Below are positions 40,342-49,698 of a stretch of DNA of 64,000 nt, piece after piece. Position numbers and translations under genes: made by a program. How positions within the stretch are numbered: position 1 is the stretch's first letter; every line of letters starts with the position of its first letter. The stretch spans positions 1 to 64,000 of IMG/VR virus record IMGVR_UViG_3300040801_002693; one strand, 5' to 3'. The notes beneath the pieces were generated by a model. That model saw nothing but the letters and a program-made list of their open reading frames with translations. It did not search any database and was not told the origin of the DNA. The DNA comes from a virus.

Positions 40342-40738
40342 ATTTGATGTTGAAGAAATCTTCCGGCAGGCCAATGAGCGGCATAAAGCCGTGGCTTGTT
40401 CAGAGTGCGGCAACGAACACGATCACGTCATGGCTGACCCGAATCACTTGCTGGAGTGTTATGAATCCTTAAATGAGTACTACCCGTTCAAGGCGGGCAC
40501 TTTGGCAACCTGGAAGCCCTTTATGAAGGATGCGCGTCTGCCGGTGGAAGGGGAAGCCTGTGTCGTGTTGGAGGTGTTTGATCCGCCCATCAAGAACACG
40601 ATCACTGACCCCCGTACCCGGCACATCGTTAGTTTTCAGCAGGTCTCACTGGTGATTGGGGTGATCGACGATGACGGGGATTTTTGGCAGTACGCCGTGG
40701 ATGGGCGGCGCTTCATGCCCTGGCGGGGTAATGCCTAA
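40331..40738 (+). CDS. Hypothetical protein (135 aa), TTG start
   Basis: No ATG in frame. TTG at 40331 lies 5 nt after GGGAGAG, the same context as the dnaN TTG start. Contains CSECGNEHDH. Confidence 0.45.
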   Translation: MDDEFDVEEIFRQANERHKAVACSECGNEHDHVMADPNHLLECYESLNEYYPFKAGTLATWKPFMKDARLPVEGEACVVLEVFDPPIKNTITDPRTRHIVSFQQVSLVIGVIDDDGDFWQYAVDGRRFMPWRGNA

Positions 40739-41547
40739 TGAACATGCTTACCGAGATGAGTACGCTGGAGTATTTCGCGCTGCCGTATCTGAATCAGAGC
40801 GGACTGAAAACCCTCCGGGAAAGCCCGTTCTTGTTCAAGCATCCTCGGATTCGGGAATCCACACCCGCGCAACAGTTTGGGACGTGGTTTCACACGCTGC
40901 TGATGGAGAATGAATTGTTCTGGGAGACGTATATCCCGGAACCGGTCTTTCAGCACGACGGGCGCTCACTGCCTGGAAAAACGGAGCGCCGCCTGTTTCG
41001 GGAAGCGTCGGAAGGGAAGGGCGTCATCAGTAACGGGGATTACCAATTACTGAATCGGATGCGGGAAGCTGCATTGGCTGATCCGGTCGCCCGTCAGTTG
41101 TTCGCCGCAGGTAAGGCCGAGCAAACCCTGATCTGGGAGGATGAGACCGGGATTCTGTGCAAGGCTCGGATTGACTGGTTGCCGGATGCGGTGGAACACA
41201 TGATTGTCGATGTGAAAACCGCCAGCAGTGCCAACCCGAGCGAACTGCAACGCAGCGTTATCAAGTGGGGTTATCACATTCAGGATGCGTGGTATCGCCG
41301 AGGCTATGCCCACGTATTCGGACGGGAACCCGATTTCATCTTCTCTTTTCATGAGAAACCCAAACACCCGGAGGATGAACCGATCCCGCCGGTATTGATT
41401 GAACTGGATCGCAACTTCCGGGCGGCAGGACAGCGCGAAGTGGCGCGTCTGCTGACGCTCTATCAGGAGTGCGTGAACAACAACGAATGGCCGTCGTACA
41501 CGCAGGGGATCACTCTGCTGTCACCTCCACCTTGGTTTAAGGAATGA
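40738..41547 (+). CDS. PD-(D/E)XK exonuclease, RecE/YqaJ-like (269 aa)
   Basis: GTWFHTLL...CKARIDWLPD...MIVDVKTASS...IQDAWY provides the D...(D/E)xK core plus a Q-x-x-x-Y motif. ATGA-type junction with the upstream gene. Confidence 0.75.
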   Translation: MNMLTEMSTLEYFALPYLNQSGLKTLRESPFLFKHPRIRESTPAQQFGTWFHTLLMENELFWETYIPEPVFQHDGRSLPGKTERRLFREASEGKGVISNGDYQLLNRMREAALADPVARQLFAAGKAEQTLIWEDETGILCKARIDWLPDAVEHMIVDVKTASSANPSELQRSVIKWGYHIQDAWYRRGYAHVFGREPDFIFSFHEKPKHPEDEPIPPVLIELDRNFRAAGQREVARLLTLYQECVNNNEWPSYTQGITLLSPPPWFKE

Positions 41548-41729
41548 AATGAACGATGGTAGCCCCTACAACAACAAGGCTAGTCGCACAAGCGACTGCT
41601 CCCGATCAATCGGGTTGACGCTTCTCAGGGTGCCTTTGTAAGCGCTTCCCTCCACGTCCGAGTCACCCTCGCACCGAGGGCCGATTTAATACTAAACCTA
41701 GTTTAGTGTTATTGTCAACAGGATTACAA

Positions 41730-42611
41730 ATGAACGAATTAGTCAGCAACCCGTTTGGCGAATCCCAGGCTGTTTCTACCGTAGAAACCAGTGCCGGGGC
41801 GGCAGATCAGTCTCGCGCCATGAGTGAAGTTCAGGCATCGCTGGTGATTGCCAAGCGCTTCCCGCGTGATCAGATGGCCTGCATGGATCGTATCCTCCAA
41901 GCCTGTACCCGCTCCACCCTGGCCGATGAGGCTGCGTATGCCTTCCCTCGGGGTGGGCAAATGGTGTCGGGGCCGTCGATTCGGCTGGCGGAAACGATGG
42001 CGCAGTTGTGGGGAAATATGGATTACGGCATCAAGGAGATGTCGCGCGCCACCAAAGACGGCATCACCAGTTCCGAGGTTCGGGCGGTGGCGTGGGATTT
42101 GGAAACCAACACCCGGCGCTACATTGATTTCACCGTCAAGCATTGGCGGGACACCAAGAGCGGCGGGTACGCCCTAAAGGACGAGCGGGACGCCTACGAA
42201 CTGATCGCTAACCAGGGATCACGCCGGTTACGCGCCTGCCTGTTGGGGATTATTCCTCGGGATGTAACGGAGGCCGCAATGAAGCAGTGTGAGACCACCC
42301 AAATGAATAAGGGGGGTGCGCCTCAAGACCAGATTAAGAAGTTGGTGGAAGCCTTTGCTTCGTTTGGAATCGAGTCCGATCACATCGTCAAGCGCCTCAA
42401 GCATCGGCTGGATAGCGTGAACCAGGCGGAAATCCTGCAACTGAAAAAGATTTACGCCTCGCTGCGTGATGGGATGGCGAAGCCCTCGGATTTCTTTGAG
42501 GTTGCTCATGATGAGGCCGGAAAGAAGGAATCCGCGCTCAATGAGAAGCTGAAAAAGCCTGCTGCTAATGACGCGCCTGCGCCGGTCGCAGAAACCCCGA
42601 AATCCGCCTAA
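41730..42611 (+). CDS. Single-strand annealing protein, RecT/Redbeta-superfamily-like (293 aa)
   Basis: Lies immediately downstream of the exonuclease. The C-terminal-core motif GSRRLRACLLGIIPRDV resembles the RxxxRxxxxxxP motif of RecT/Bet. Assigned mainly by context. Confidence 0.5.
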   Translation: MNELVSNPFGESQAVSTVETSAGAADQSRAMSEVQASLVIAKRFPRDQMACMDRILQACTRSTLADEAAYAFPRGGQMVSGPSIRLAETMAQLWGNMDYGIKEMSRATKDGITSSEVRAVAWDLETNTRRYIDFTVKHWRDTKSGGYALKDERDAYELIANQGSRRLRACLLGIIPRDVTEAAMKQCETTQMNKGGAPQDQIKKLVEAFASFGIESDHIVKRLKHRLDSVNQAEILQLKKIYASLRDGMAKPSDFFEVAHDEAGKKESALNEKLKKPAANDAPAPVAETPKSA

Positions 42612-42653
42612 CTTATCCGACCCCGATCGCTGGTCGGGGTCAAAGGAACGCTC

Positions 42654-43748
42654 GTGCTGCCTCTTACTTACCAAATCAAACAACACCTTCACCAAATCAA
42701 TGACGGTTCCACCGTGAAGGATTTATGCAAATCGCTGGATATGGATCGAGGTGCAGTTCTAGCGGCGCTCATGGAACTCCAGCATGAAGTTATTCAGGGT
42801 GAAGATCAACTGTGGTATCTGGATCGGTGCGCAAAACTGGAACCGCCTGAGCCACGGGCTGAGGAAACAAAACCGGTTGAGGCCGTCATCCCGAAAAAGC
42901 CAGCAAAACCCAAAAAGCCGGTTGCGCCCATTCCAGCAGCAGAACCTGTAGCAAAACCCGATCATCCAGCAATCATGGCGACACAGGAACCCGATCACAG
43001 TCCATACATATCGAAACAGATTATTGATTTTCTGGCCGAAGAGGAAAAGGCGGGGCGCGGGCCGTACTGTTATCGAGAGATTGCTGATCGTTTTAAGGTC
43101 GGCATTACGACCGCGCAATCGACGCGCACCACGATTAAAAAGCGCCACCCTGAGTTAATTCCACTTCTTGATCGAATGATCGTCCAGGAAAGGGTTGCTC
43201 GGAACCTGGCGTCCGCCAACAAGGGGATGCGTGTACGTTTGGAAAAGCACGGTCACTATAACTGGAAAGGAATGCTGGCCTTCTTAAAGCAAGAGCAAGC
43301 CGCAGGGCGCGGCCCGTATGCCTCGCAGCAAATCACAGACTACTGGGATGTTGCGCCTGCGAATCGAACCCGGACTCGCCGAGCGATTGCCGCTATTCGT
43401 GAGTATGGCGCACCAGAGGATGTGAAGGTTGTTGACCAGATGATCTGTCTGGCGCGTAAGGATTTGCCGTCTTTTGAGGAGGTTCAAATGAACCCGCAAC
43501 CCAAGAAACCCGCTGCGCCCATGAAGAAGGCCGTCGCTTCTGCTTCAATCGAAAAGTTCGTGCTTCTGGATGAAATTAATGCGGTTCGCGCCAAATTACA
43601 ACAGAAGCCTAAAAAGGCATCGCGTTGGGCGGCGATTTGCCAGGGGTTGCACGGGTTACTCGGTGAATTGGATTTTTCCGAAGACAATTCCCTGCGTATG
43701 GAGTTAGCAGAAATGTCTCAATATTTCCTGGGTGACGCCCGTGATTGA
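42654..43748 (+). CDS. Hypothetical protein with an internal duplication (364 aa)
   Basis: GTG start with an AAGGAA SD. Contains two copies of a (F)L..E(E/Q)xAGRGPYxxxxI(A/T)D module and a Pro/Lys-rich linker. Confidence 0.55.
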   Translation: MLPLTYQIKQHLHQINDGSTVKDLCKSLDMDRGAVLAALMELQHEVIQGEDQLWYLDRCAKLEPPEPRAEETKPVEAVIPKKPAKPKKPVAPIPAAEPVAKPDHPAIMATQEPDHSPYISKQIIDFLAEEEKAGRGPYCYREIADRFKVGITTAQSTRTTIKKRHPELIPLLDRMIVQERVARNLASANKGMRVRLEKHGHYNWKGMLAFLKQEQAAGRGPYASQQITDYWDVAPANRTRTRRAIAAIREYGAPEDVKVVDQMICLARKDLPSFEEVQMNPQPKKPAAPMKKAVASASIEKFVLLDEINAVRAKLQQKPKKASRWAAICQGLHGLLGELDFSEDNSLRMELAEMSQYFLGDARD

Positions 43749-44085
43749 CGTGGTGTGCTACCAAGAATACGAGATGCCAGAATCTATCTGTCGGCACGAA
43801 GCAATTCGGGTCGCCAAAAAGCTGGAATCACCCGTGTACGTGCATTACCGCTCCGGGCGCACTGAATCCGTGAGCGGTACGGCGCTATGTGCAACGGACT
43901 GCGTGATCTGTCATCCGTCCGAGAAGAATACTACCCTGGATCAGCTCGTCATAATCGCGCTCCAGAAGATTCAGAAAAGCCCTGAATCCTTGGAATTCTA
44001 TCTGCGAGACATGTATTACTTTGGCTATCAAGATCGCCAGAAATTCGCACATCATCATCGATTGAAAGGACTACTGCATGAGTAA
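43732..44085 (+). CDS. Hypothetical protein (117 aa)
   Basis: Co-oriented; start uncertain (GTG at 43732). Confidence 0.45.
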   Translation: MTPVIDVVCYQEYEMPESICRHEAIRVAKKLESPVYVHYRSGRTESVSGTALCATDCVICHPSEKNTTLDQLVIIALQKIQKSPESLEFYLRDMYYFGYQDRQKFAHHHRLKGLLHE

Positions 44086-44326
44086 TGTCGTATCGCTGGT
44101 TAAAGCCTCGGAGAATCCGAATCATTGGACGGCTCAGGACTTAATGGATCACTTCCAGAAGTTCTTAGACGATGGTTACACGCCTGACAAATTGATCGTG
44201 ATTGGGATTACTGATCAATCCGAGTCCTGTGATATTCGCTACATGAATAAGGGTTGCAATAGTTACGAATTACTCGGTACGTTGGAGTTGATTAAATCCG
44301 TTGTTTTAACCGACCTGTTATCTTGA
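44078..44326 (+). CDS. Hypothetical protein (82 aa)
   Basis: Overlaps the upstream ORF by 8 nt. Confidence 0.5.
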   Translation: MSNVVSLVKASENPNHWTAQDLMDHFQKFLDDGYTPDKLIVIGITDQSESCDIRYMNKGCNSYELLGTLELIKSVVLTDLLS

Positions 44327-44333
44327 GGGAATA

Positions 44334-45335
44334 ATGAGAAAATTAGCGACGATAGAAGTCATTAAGACGGTAACGGCGCACCCTAATGCCGACAGTCTTG
44401 ATCTGGCGACGGTGCGGGGATGGCAGGTGGTTGTAAAGCGTGGGGAGTTCAAGGAAGGCGATCATTGCGTGTACTGCGAGATCGACTCCGTACTTCCTGA
44501 ACGTGAGGAATTCGAGTTCCTGCGTAAGAACAAGTTTCGGATCAAGACGATCCGCCTGAGAAATGAATTAAGCCAGGGGATCGCGTTTCCAATCAGTATT
44601 CTGGAGCGCGTTCCGGGTGCAGAGTATTTGGCGCTTTCAACGGGCGATGATATTACCGAGGTCTTGGGAGTGACACTCTATGCGCCGCCGATCCCTGTTG
44701 ATTTAGCCGGTGATGTGGAGGGTAAATTCCCGGCCTTTATCCAGAAAACGGATGAGGAGCGGATTCAGAATTGCGCTTTTGTGCTGGAGAAGTACAACGA
44801 TTTGGAGTGGGTAGCAACGGAGAAGGTTGATGGAAGCAGTGTAACTTTTTTCATCAAAGATGGGAAATTTGGCGCGTGTTCTCGCAACTGGGAAATGAAA
44901 GATACGCCGGGAAACCTGCATTGGAGGATAGCGCATCAACTGAATTTGCCGGAAAAGATGCGTGAAGTAGGTCGGGACTTTGCGCTTCAAGGCGAACTGC
45001 TTGGCCCCAAGATTCAGGGTAATCCTTACAAGCTCCCGGAGCATCAGGTGCGCTTCTTTAGTCTCTACTGGGTGGATCAACAGCACTACGGAAACCATCA
45101 CCAATTGAAGGAGATGTGCGCTTATTTAGGACTGAAAATTGTTCCGGTCATTCATTATGGCGACATTCTACCACGCACCTTGGAAGAAGCCTTACGCACT
45201 GCCGAGGGGTTGAGTGATATGGGGGATACGGAGCGTGAAGGGTTGGTGTATCGCCCTTTACAGGAACGTGCTGACCCGGCGCTTGGACGACTGAGCTTCA
45301 AGGCGATTTCCAACCGGTTTTTGCTGCAAAAATGA
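44334..45335 (+). CDS. ATP-dependent RNA ligase, DRB0094/Rnl5-like family (333 aa)
   Basis: N-terminus MRKLATIEVI...HPNADSLDLATVRGWQVVVKRGEFKEGDHCVYCEIDSVLP. Nucleotidyl-transferase lysine in TEKVDGSS. Matches the recalled family signature. Confidence 0.75.
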   Translation: MRKLATIEVIKTVTAHPNADSLDLATVRGWQVVVKRGEFKEGDHCVYCEIDSVLPEREEFEFLRKNKFRIKTIRLRNELSQGIAFPISILERVPGAEYLALSTGDDITEVLGVTLYAPPIPVDLAGDVEGKFPAFIQKTDEERIQNCAFVLEKYNDLEWVATEKVDGSSVTFFIKDGKFGACSRNWEMKDTPGNLHWRIAHQLNLPEKMREVGRDFALQGELLGPKIQGNPYKLPEHQVRFFSLYWVDQQHYGNHHQLKEMCAYLGLKIVPVIHYGDILPRTLEEALRTAEGLSDMGDTEREGLVYRPLQERADPALGRLSFKAISNRFLLQK

Positions 45336-45474
45336 TTTTTCCACCGCCAATGCGGGCCAGTGGCGGTATGAATAACGCCCGCAAATAGCGATGCCTTGCT
45401 CCCCTTGCAAATACCTGGGTAGGCGCTATTCGATTGGCCCACGAGACGGGCCAAATTTCTTTGCGCGAGGAATT

Positions 45475-45732
45475 ATGGAATACGAAACTCATATTTTAAG
45501 TCTCATTATTCGTCCTAAAAACGAACCGATTTTTAGCGAAAACGCCACGATTATTAGTCTGGATGACGAGGCGGCAGGGTTATTTGTAAAGGTTAAGCAG
45601 TTATCGGATGGTTTGCACCCTGATCAGGTTCGGCTTGATACCGAGGAATGGCCGGTGCTGAAAAAAGCAATCGACCAGATCGTTTCTCTGGCGGAGAAGT
45701 ACAACAAACATGACTTTGAGAATCTGCAATGA
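45475..45732 (+). CDS. Hypothetical protein (85 aa)
   Basis: Start trimmed to the ATG at 45475 behind a GAGGAA SD. Confidence 0.5.
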   Translation: MEYETHILSLIIRPKNEPIFSENATIISLDDEAAGLFVKVKQLSDGLHPDQVRLDTEEWPVLKKAIDQIVSLAEKYNKHDFENLQ

Positions 45733-45944
45733 ATGAACTTCAATTTACCGAGAATCCTACAACCCATTACTTCACAAAGCTCATGACAGAGCGGCGAGAG
45801 GCGCAGATTCGGCTGTACGGTGTACTGTGGTTGCTCGTTGAAGAGGAAGTGATTAGCGAAGGGAAGACGCGAGAGTTGGCAGGTTATCCGCTGCACAAGA
45901 TGATTGATGAGTGTTTGCAGTATCGACAAGCGTTGGAGGAATAA
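45729..45944 (+). CDS. Hypothetical protein (71 aa)
   Basis: ATGA overlap with the upstream gene. Confidence 0.5.
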   Translation: MNELQFTENPTTHYFTKLMTERREAQIRLYGVLWLLVEEEVISEGKTRELAGYPLHKMIDECLQYRQALEE

Positions 45945-45946
45945 CG

Positions 45947-46288
45947 ATGGAAAACCAAAGTGATTACCTTAAATATCGCGGGAAATGCAAAGAGTTTGTT
46001 GATAACGCGATTGCGATTGATTCCTCCTTACGTGCGGTGAGAGGTTATTACCATTGTCCGATGTGGGGTAAGCAAGCGCATTGGTGGTGTGAAAAGCCGG
46101 ATGGAAGTATTTTTGATCCGACAGCAAAACAGTTCCCGTTCGGTGGCGAAGTGGGGGATTACGAAGAATTTGATGGTTGGATTGTGTGTAATGAATGCGG
46201 AAAAAGCGTTGAAGAAAGTGAAGCGAAATTTGAGAGTCGTTACGCATTTTGTTCGACGAAGTGCATTATGCGATTTGTTGGGCTTTGA
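45947..46288 (+). CDS. Cys-rich hypothetical protein (113 aa)
   Basis: ATG at 45947 behind a GGAGGAA SD. CNECG...FCSTKC is an FCS-like ending. Confidence 0.5.
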   Translation: MENQSDYLKYRGKCKEFVDNAIAIDSSLRAVRGYYHCPMWGKQAHWWCEKPDGSIFDPTAKQFPFGGEVGDYEEFDGWIVCNECGKSVEESEAKFESRYAFCSTKCIMRFVGL

Positions 46289-46302
46289 GTAGAGATTAAA
46301 TC

Positions 46303-46479
46303 ATGCCAAAATACAGTGTTGAAATCCGTGAAATTGAAGTATATCTCATCGAAGGTATTGAAGCCGACGATGAAATTGATGCAAAAATGAAAGCGCTTGA
46401 AGTCATTGAAGATAATAACAACAAGTACAAATATCATTCGGACTCTGATTGTGAAGAGTTAGTTTATGATGAGGAATAA
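46303..46479 (+). CDS. Hypothetical small acidic protein (58 aa)
   Basis: Below the ORF-track cutoff. Fills the gap exactly between neighbouring genes. Confidence 0.4.
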   Translation: MPKYSVEIREIEVYLIEGIEADDEIDAKMKALEVIEDNNNKYKYHSDSDCEELVYDEE

Positions 46480-46481
46480 GA

Positions 46482-46769
46482 ATGACCACGATTAACCTCT
46501 ACGGACAATTCACCTATCACGATGACGCCGAGATTATTGGAGATCGCAAAGGGTTGACAGCACTGTGTTCTGCGATTAATGCAGCGCTCGATGATAGTCG
46601 GATGAGTGACGATAACGCGCATCGTATTGATGTCTTCGCCAGTGATGGTGAAGGATATATGCTATCGGTGATTCTCATCGAAGAACCCGAATCACGGTTT
46701 CCTGATCCAGCGTATATCGGTAATGAAATCGATAAAGCGTTTGGAAGAATTAAGGTAGCGCCCGAATAA
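46482..46769 (+). CDS. Hypothetical protein (95 aa)
   Basis: GAGGAA SD; last gene of the operon. Confidence 0.5.
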   Translation: MTTINLYGQFTYHDDAEIIGDRKGLTALCSAINAALDDSRMSDDNAHRIDVFASDGEGYMLSVILIEEPESRFPDPAYIGNEIDKAFGRIKVAPE

Positions 46770-46824
46770 CTTATCAGATTTTCCGCGAGAACTCGACCCT
46801 TTAGGGCAGGAAGGACATCAACTA

Positions 46825-47262
46825 TCAAACATTCGCAACCGATTGACTGGTTCTATCTCTCTCACGCAAGGAAGCCATGTTGCGAATCTTACCCTTCCAG
46901 CCGTAGATCGGATTGAGGCGATAGCGCTTGTTCATCCCTTTGCCCGACACCAGCACGACCTCCTTCTCCACAAGCACCTTCATCGCCCGACACACCGAAC
47001 TTCTGGCGATGTCAAGCTGGTCAGCAATCTCCATTTGAGAGATGTTGACGTAGTTCTCATAGTCCATTTTCGAGAACAGGAATAACAACATGCGCAGCGA
47101 TTCTCCGGTCATTGCGCGATCTGTTGCCAGTTCGCCAATCGGTTCTTGAAAAAGCATAAAGAATTTCTCCTTGAAGATCGGCTTTCGGGGAATAAACACC
47201 GTACAACCTCGTAAAACTTCTCCGGTCTCGCTATCGACCATTTCAATGTGGCGTGTTGTCAT
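46825..47262 (-). CDS. Winged-helix DNA-binding protein, RepL-like (145 aa)
   Basis: FFMLFQEP...LRMLLFLFSKMDYENYVNISQMEIADQLDIARSSVCRAMKVLVEKEVV...RYRLNPIYGWKG matches the recalled RepL/MarR-type pattern. Paralogue of 7524-7997. An inverted repeat ATTTACT-ttat-AGTAAAT lies just upstream. Confidence 0.55.
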   Translation of the reverse strand: MTTRHIEMVDSETGEVLRGCTVFIPRKPIFKEKFFMLFQEPIGELATDRAMTGESLRMLLFLFSKMDYENYVNISQMEIADQLDIARSSVCRAMKVLVEKEVVLVSGKGMNKRYRLNPIYGWKGKIRNMASLRERDRTSQSVANV

Positions 47263-47586
47263 ACTGATTGACCTGTTTGAATTTACTTTATAGTAAATCA
47301 GTATGGCGCAAACGGAAATCTTTTTTTCGTAACAGCCTGATTCTATTCAGCGAAAGTTCGTTCCTTTTATGTCTATGTGTATTAGGGTAACCAATACACG
47401 CACTCAACACATAGCAATCGACATTTTCGTAGCGTACCACCTTCATCGAAGCTTGTCGAATCGTGGCCTGTTGATCCGTTCCGGGTAAGACGCGGAATGA
47501 TTCAATCGGTTCTAACCCTAGCACGGCCCGCGCCCTACCCTTCTCGGATCGCCGTTGTCCTGAAATGAATCTATCAACGAAAATGC

Positions 47587-47644
47587 TTGCAAATGACTAT
47601 CGCTCTGATAGCCTAACGCGAGTCATTCGATAGGAGTCTGATAG
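47587..47644 (+). promoter_or_regulatory. parA promoter TTGCAA-N16-TGaTAGCCT with four (A)CTATC/GATAG boxes
   Basis: -35 at 47587-47592 and -10 at 47609-47614. Boxes: GACTATC at 47595, and GATAG within 47604-47611, 47627-47633 and 47637-47644. The last box abuts the ATG. Confidence 0.55.
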
Positions 47645-48280
47645 ATGATCCTCACGGTCGGGCATACGAAAGGTGGAACAGGAAAAAGCACGATCGCACT
47701 GCACTTGGCGATGGCGCTCGCACAGACCAAAAAGGTGTTATTGATTGATGGCGACGAACAGCGATCGGCCCTTCACTTTACCTCATTGCGAAACGAGGTC
47801 GGTCAGCAGGACTACACCACTGTCGCTCTCTATGGAACGAGTCTCTTACTGCAAGGCCAGTTGCTTGCGCCGAACTACGAGGAAGTCTTGATTGATGTCG
47901 GCGGGCGAGACAGCGGCAGTCTTCGTGCGGCGCTCACCCTCTCTGATCGAGTGATCATCCCCAACGCACCTCGCACTTTCGATGTGTGGGCGATGGAGTT
48001 CTTGCAGACCCTCGTCAATGAAGCCAAGTCGGTCAATCCCAAGCTCCAGGCCCACTCGTTCATCAATCTGGGTGAAGTGCGGGGCAGCGAGAATCAGGAT
48101 GCTATTGAAGTCTTGCGTGAGTTTGAATCGCTACCCACTCTCGTCTCGATCATCATGCGCCGAAAGGTCTATGCCGAATCCCTCGCGCAAGGCAAGGGGG
48201 TGTTTGAGATGAAGAACGAGAAGGCGAAATCAGAGATGAATTCGCTTCTATCGGAAGTCTATCGGTTGACTATCAGTTGA
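47645..48280 (+). CDS. parA: ParA/Soj-type partition ATPase, small type Ib-like (211 aa)
   Basis: Deviant Walker A GHTKGGTGKST, plus LLIDGDEQ and VLIDVGGRD motifs. Confidence 0.85.
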   Translation: MILTVGHTKGGTGKSTIALHLAMALAQTKKVLLIDGDEQRSALHFTSLRNEVGQQDYTTVALYGTSLLLQGQLLAPNYEEVLIDVGGRDSGSLRAALTLSDRVIIPNAPRTFDVWAMEFLQTLVNEAKSVNPKLQAHSFINLGEVRGSENQDAIEVLREFESLPTLVSIIMRRKVYAESLAQGKGVFEMKNEKAKSEMNSLLSEVYRLTIS

Positions 48281-48298
48281 GTAGCAAAGGACTCTCAC

Positions 48299-48502
48299 AT
48301 GACCATCGGAAGAAAGCCAAAAGATACTCGCTTGGAGTTCATTCAGCGAGGGGAAACACAGAAGAGCGGCGAACCGTATGCGATCACCTTGCGCTTGACC
48401 CGAGACTTCCTGAATCGGATTGATGCGAAGGCGAAGAGTCTGAATATCACTAGGAGCGCATGGATCAAGAGTACGCTGACTAAAGGATTGGAAGACGATT
48501 GA
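48299..48502 (+). CDS. Ribbon-helix-helix partner protein, ParG-like (67 aa)
   Basis: Unstructured basic N-terminus, then ITLRLTRDFLNRIDAKAKSLNITRSAWIKSTL (RHH). Position immediately after parA. Confidence 0.6.
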   Translation: MTIGRKPKDTRLEFIQRGETQKSGEPYAITLRLTRDFLNRIDAKAKSLNITRSAWIKSTLTKGLEDD

Positions 48503-48506
48503 ATCG

Positions 48507-48555
48507 AACTATCCGGTAATCCCGGATAGTTGAACTTGTAAGTATTCCTTACAAG
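48507..48555. terminator. Two back-to-back hairpins at a convergent junction
   Basis: AACTATCCGG-taatc-CCGGATAGTT at 48507-48531 and CTTGTAAG-tattc-CTTACAAG at 48535-48555. U-tracts are weak. Confidence 0.45.
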
Positions 48556-49274
48556 ATCGAAGCCACCTTTTTAGAAGCGTCGTAACAGGCGACGGCACAG
48601 GGCTGATCCCCGCGCCGATCTTCTTCTTCAATCCGCTCGTCGGCAAGCGCTTCGGAAAGCATAATTGCGGAAATCTCCTTAAAGCTCAAATTATCCCGAA
48701 TATTGGCCTTTGCGGGAAGATTGCGCGCCTTACGAATATCCCCGGCAGTCCCGCCGAGTAACGGCTTGTAGGTCGCATTGGTACACATCGCAAAACCCTT
48801 ACCTGTCACTCCATGCTCCTGCAAGACCTCGGTATGATGGTTCCGCACCACCTTACTTTGCATCCGGGCCGCCGCCTTCTTCTGTTCCTCAATCGGCGCT
48901 TTCGTGCGATCCATCACCCGGTCGATGATGGACAGGTCGCCTTCCTCAACTTTCAGGAAGGTGTCGTTGACGATCCGCTTGAAGTCAGCAGAGAGGTAGC
49001 CTGCGTAATCGACCGCGAGAATCTTGTGCGCCCAGGTGCCGCCGTTGTGGCGACCACGACGGGTTTTATAAATGTCAGATTTAACGACGTTTAGATTTTT
49101 AGCAACAGCATCAATGAGTTGCTTTGTTGTAGGTAAAATAACCCAATGCCTCGGGTCTTGGTTTGGTGGACTCCCCGCTGCCACATGGAGGTCATTCAAA
49201 CAGACTAAATCCCCATCGGTGCGGATGCGGTGCTGATCCAGAGTGAAGGTTGTGATAGAATTCGATGAATTCAT
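48549..49274 (-). CDS. KilA-N domain protein (241 aa)
   Basis: N-terminal FTLDQHRIRTDGDLVCLNDLHVAAG...RHW...GGTWAHKILAVDYAGYLSADF fits the KilA-N pattern. Confidence 0.7.
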   Translation of the reverse strand: MNSSNSITTFTLDQHRIRTDGDLVCLNDLHVAAGSPPNQDPRHWVILPTTKQLIDAVAKNLNVVKSDIYKTRRGRHNGGTWAHKILAVDYAGYLSADFKRIVNDTFLKVEEGDLSIIDRVMDRTKAPIEEQKKAAARMQSKVVRNHHTEVLQEHGVTGKGFAMCTNATYKPLLGGTAGDIRKARNLPAKANIRDNLSFKEISAIMLSEALADERIEEEDRRGDQPCAVACYDASKKVASIL

Positions 49275-49370
49275 GTCGTGAACTCCTGAAAGTATGAACG
49301 ATATGGATGCTGGCTTGGAGGGCGATTCACTTCCAAGTCAGCACTTATTCTACCTCTTTTTACCCCAAAT

Positions 49371-49387
49371 TACTATCTTTGATGGTA
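49371..49387. promoter_or_regulatory. Operator copy TACTATctttgATGGTA in a divergent intergenic region
   Basis: Lies between the KilA-N start (49274) and the 49437 gene. A TATAAT lies at 49397-49402. Confidence 0.5.
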
Positions 49388-49436
49388 GCAATCGGTTATA
49401 ATAGAACCTCAATCCCCACGAGTAATGAGGTTTGTG

Positions 49437-49676
49437 ATGCAGCGCAACACAAAACAAGTTGAAAAGATCGCCAAAGAGTTCGGTTTTTCTATCACATTGA
49501 TTCGTCAAAGAAATCACCTCTGTTTTCAACTAAAGAGAAAAAATGCTATTCGGTTATTGGTGACGGCAAAATCACCATCGGACTTCCGCGCATTAAGAAA
49601 TGTCCGAACGCAAATAAAAAAAATAGCGCAATCGCTCCAGGGGACTACCATTTCTAATGGTATTCTATTAAACTAG
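49437..49676 (+). CDS. Hypothetical basic protein (79 aa)
   Basis: ATG at 49437 behind a GAGG SD; an alternative ATG lies at 49425. Confidence 0.45.
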   Translation: MQRNTKQVEKIAKEFGFSITLIRQRNHLCFQLKRKNAIRLLVTAKSPSDFRALRNVRTQIKKIAQSLQGTTISNGILLN

Positions 49677-49698
49677 AGGTTCTTTTTTAGGAGGTTCT

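Noticed and set aside
41548-41729. Additional operator-promoter between the exonuclease and annealing-protein genes (GATGGTAGCC at 41555-41564)
   Set aside because: Only the right half-site is present. The left half and -35 spacing do not fit the family, and the -10 would be TAGCCC. Noted as a half-site only.
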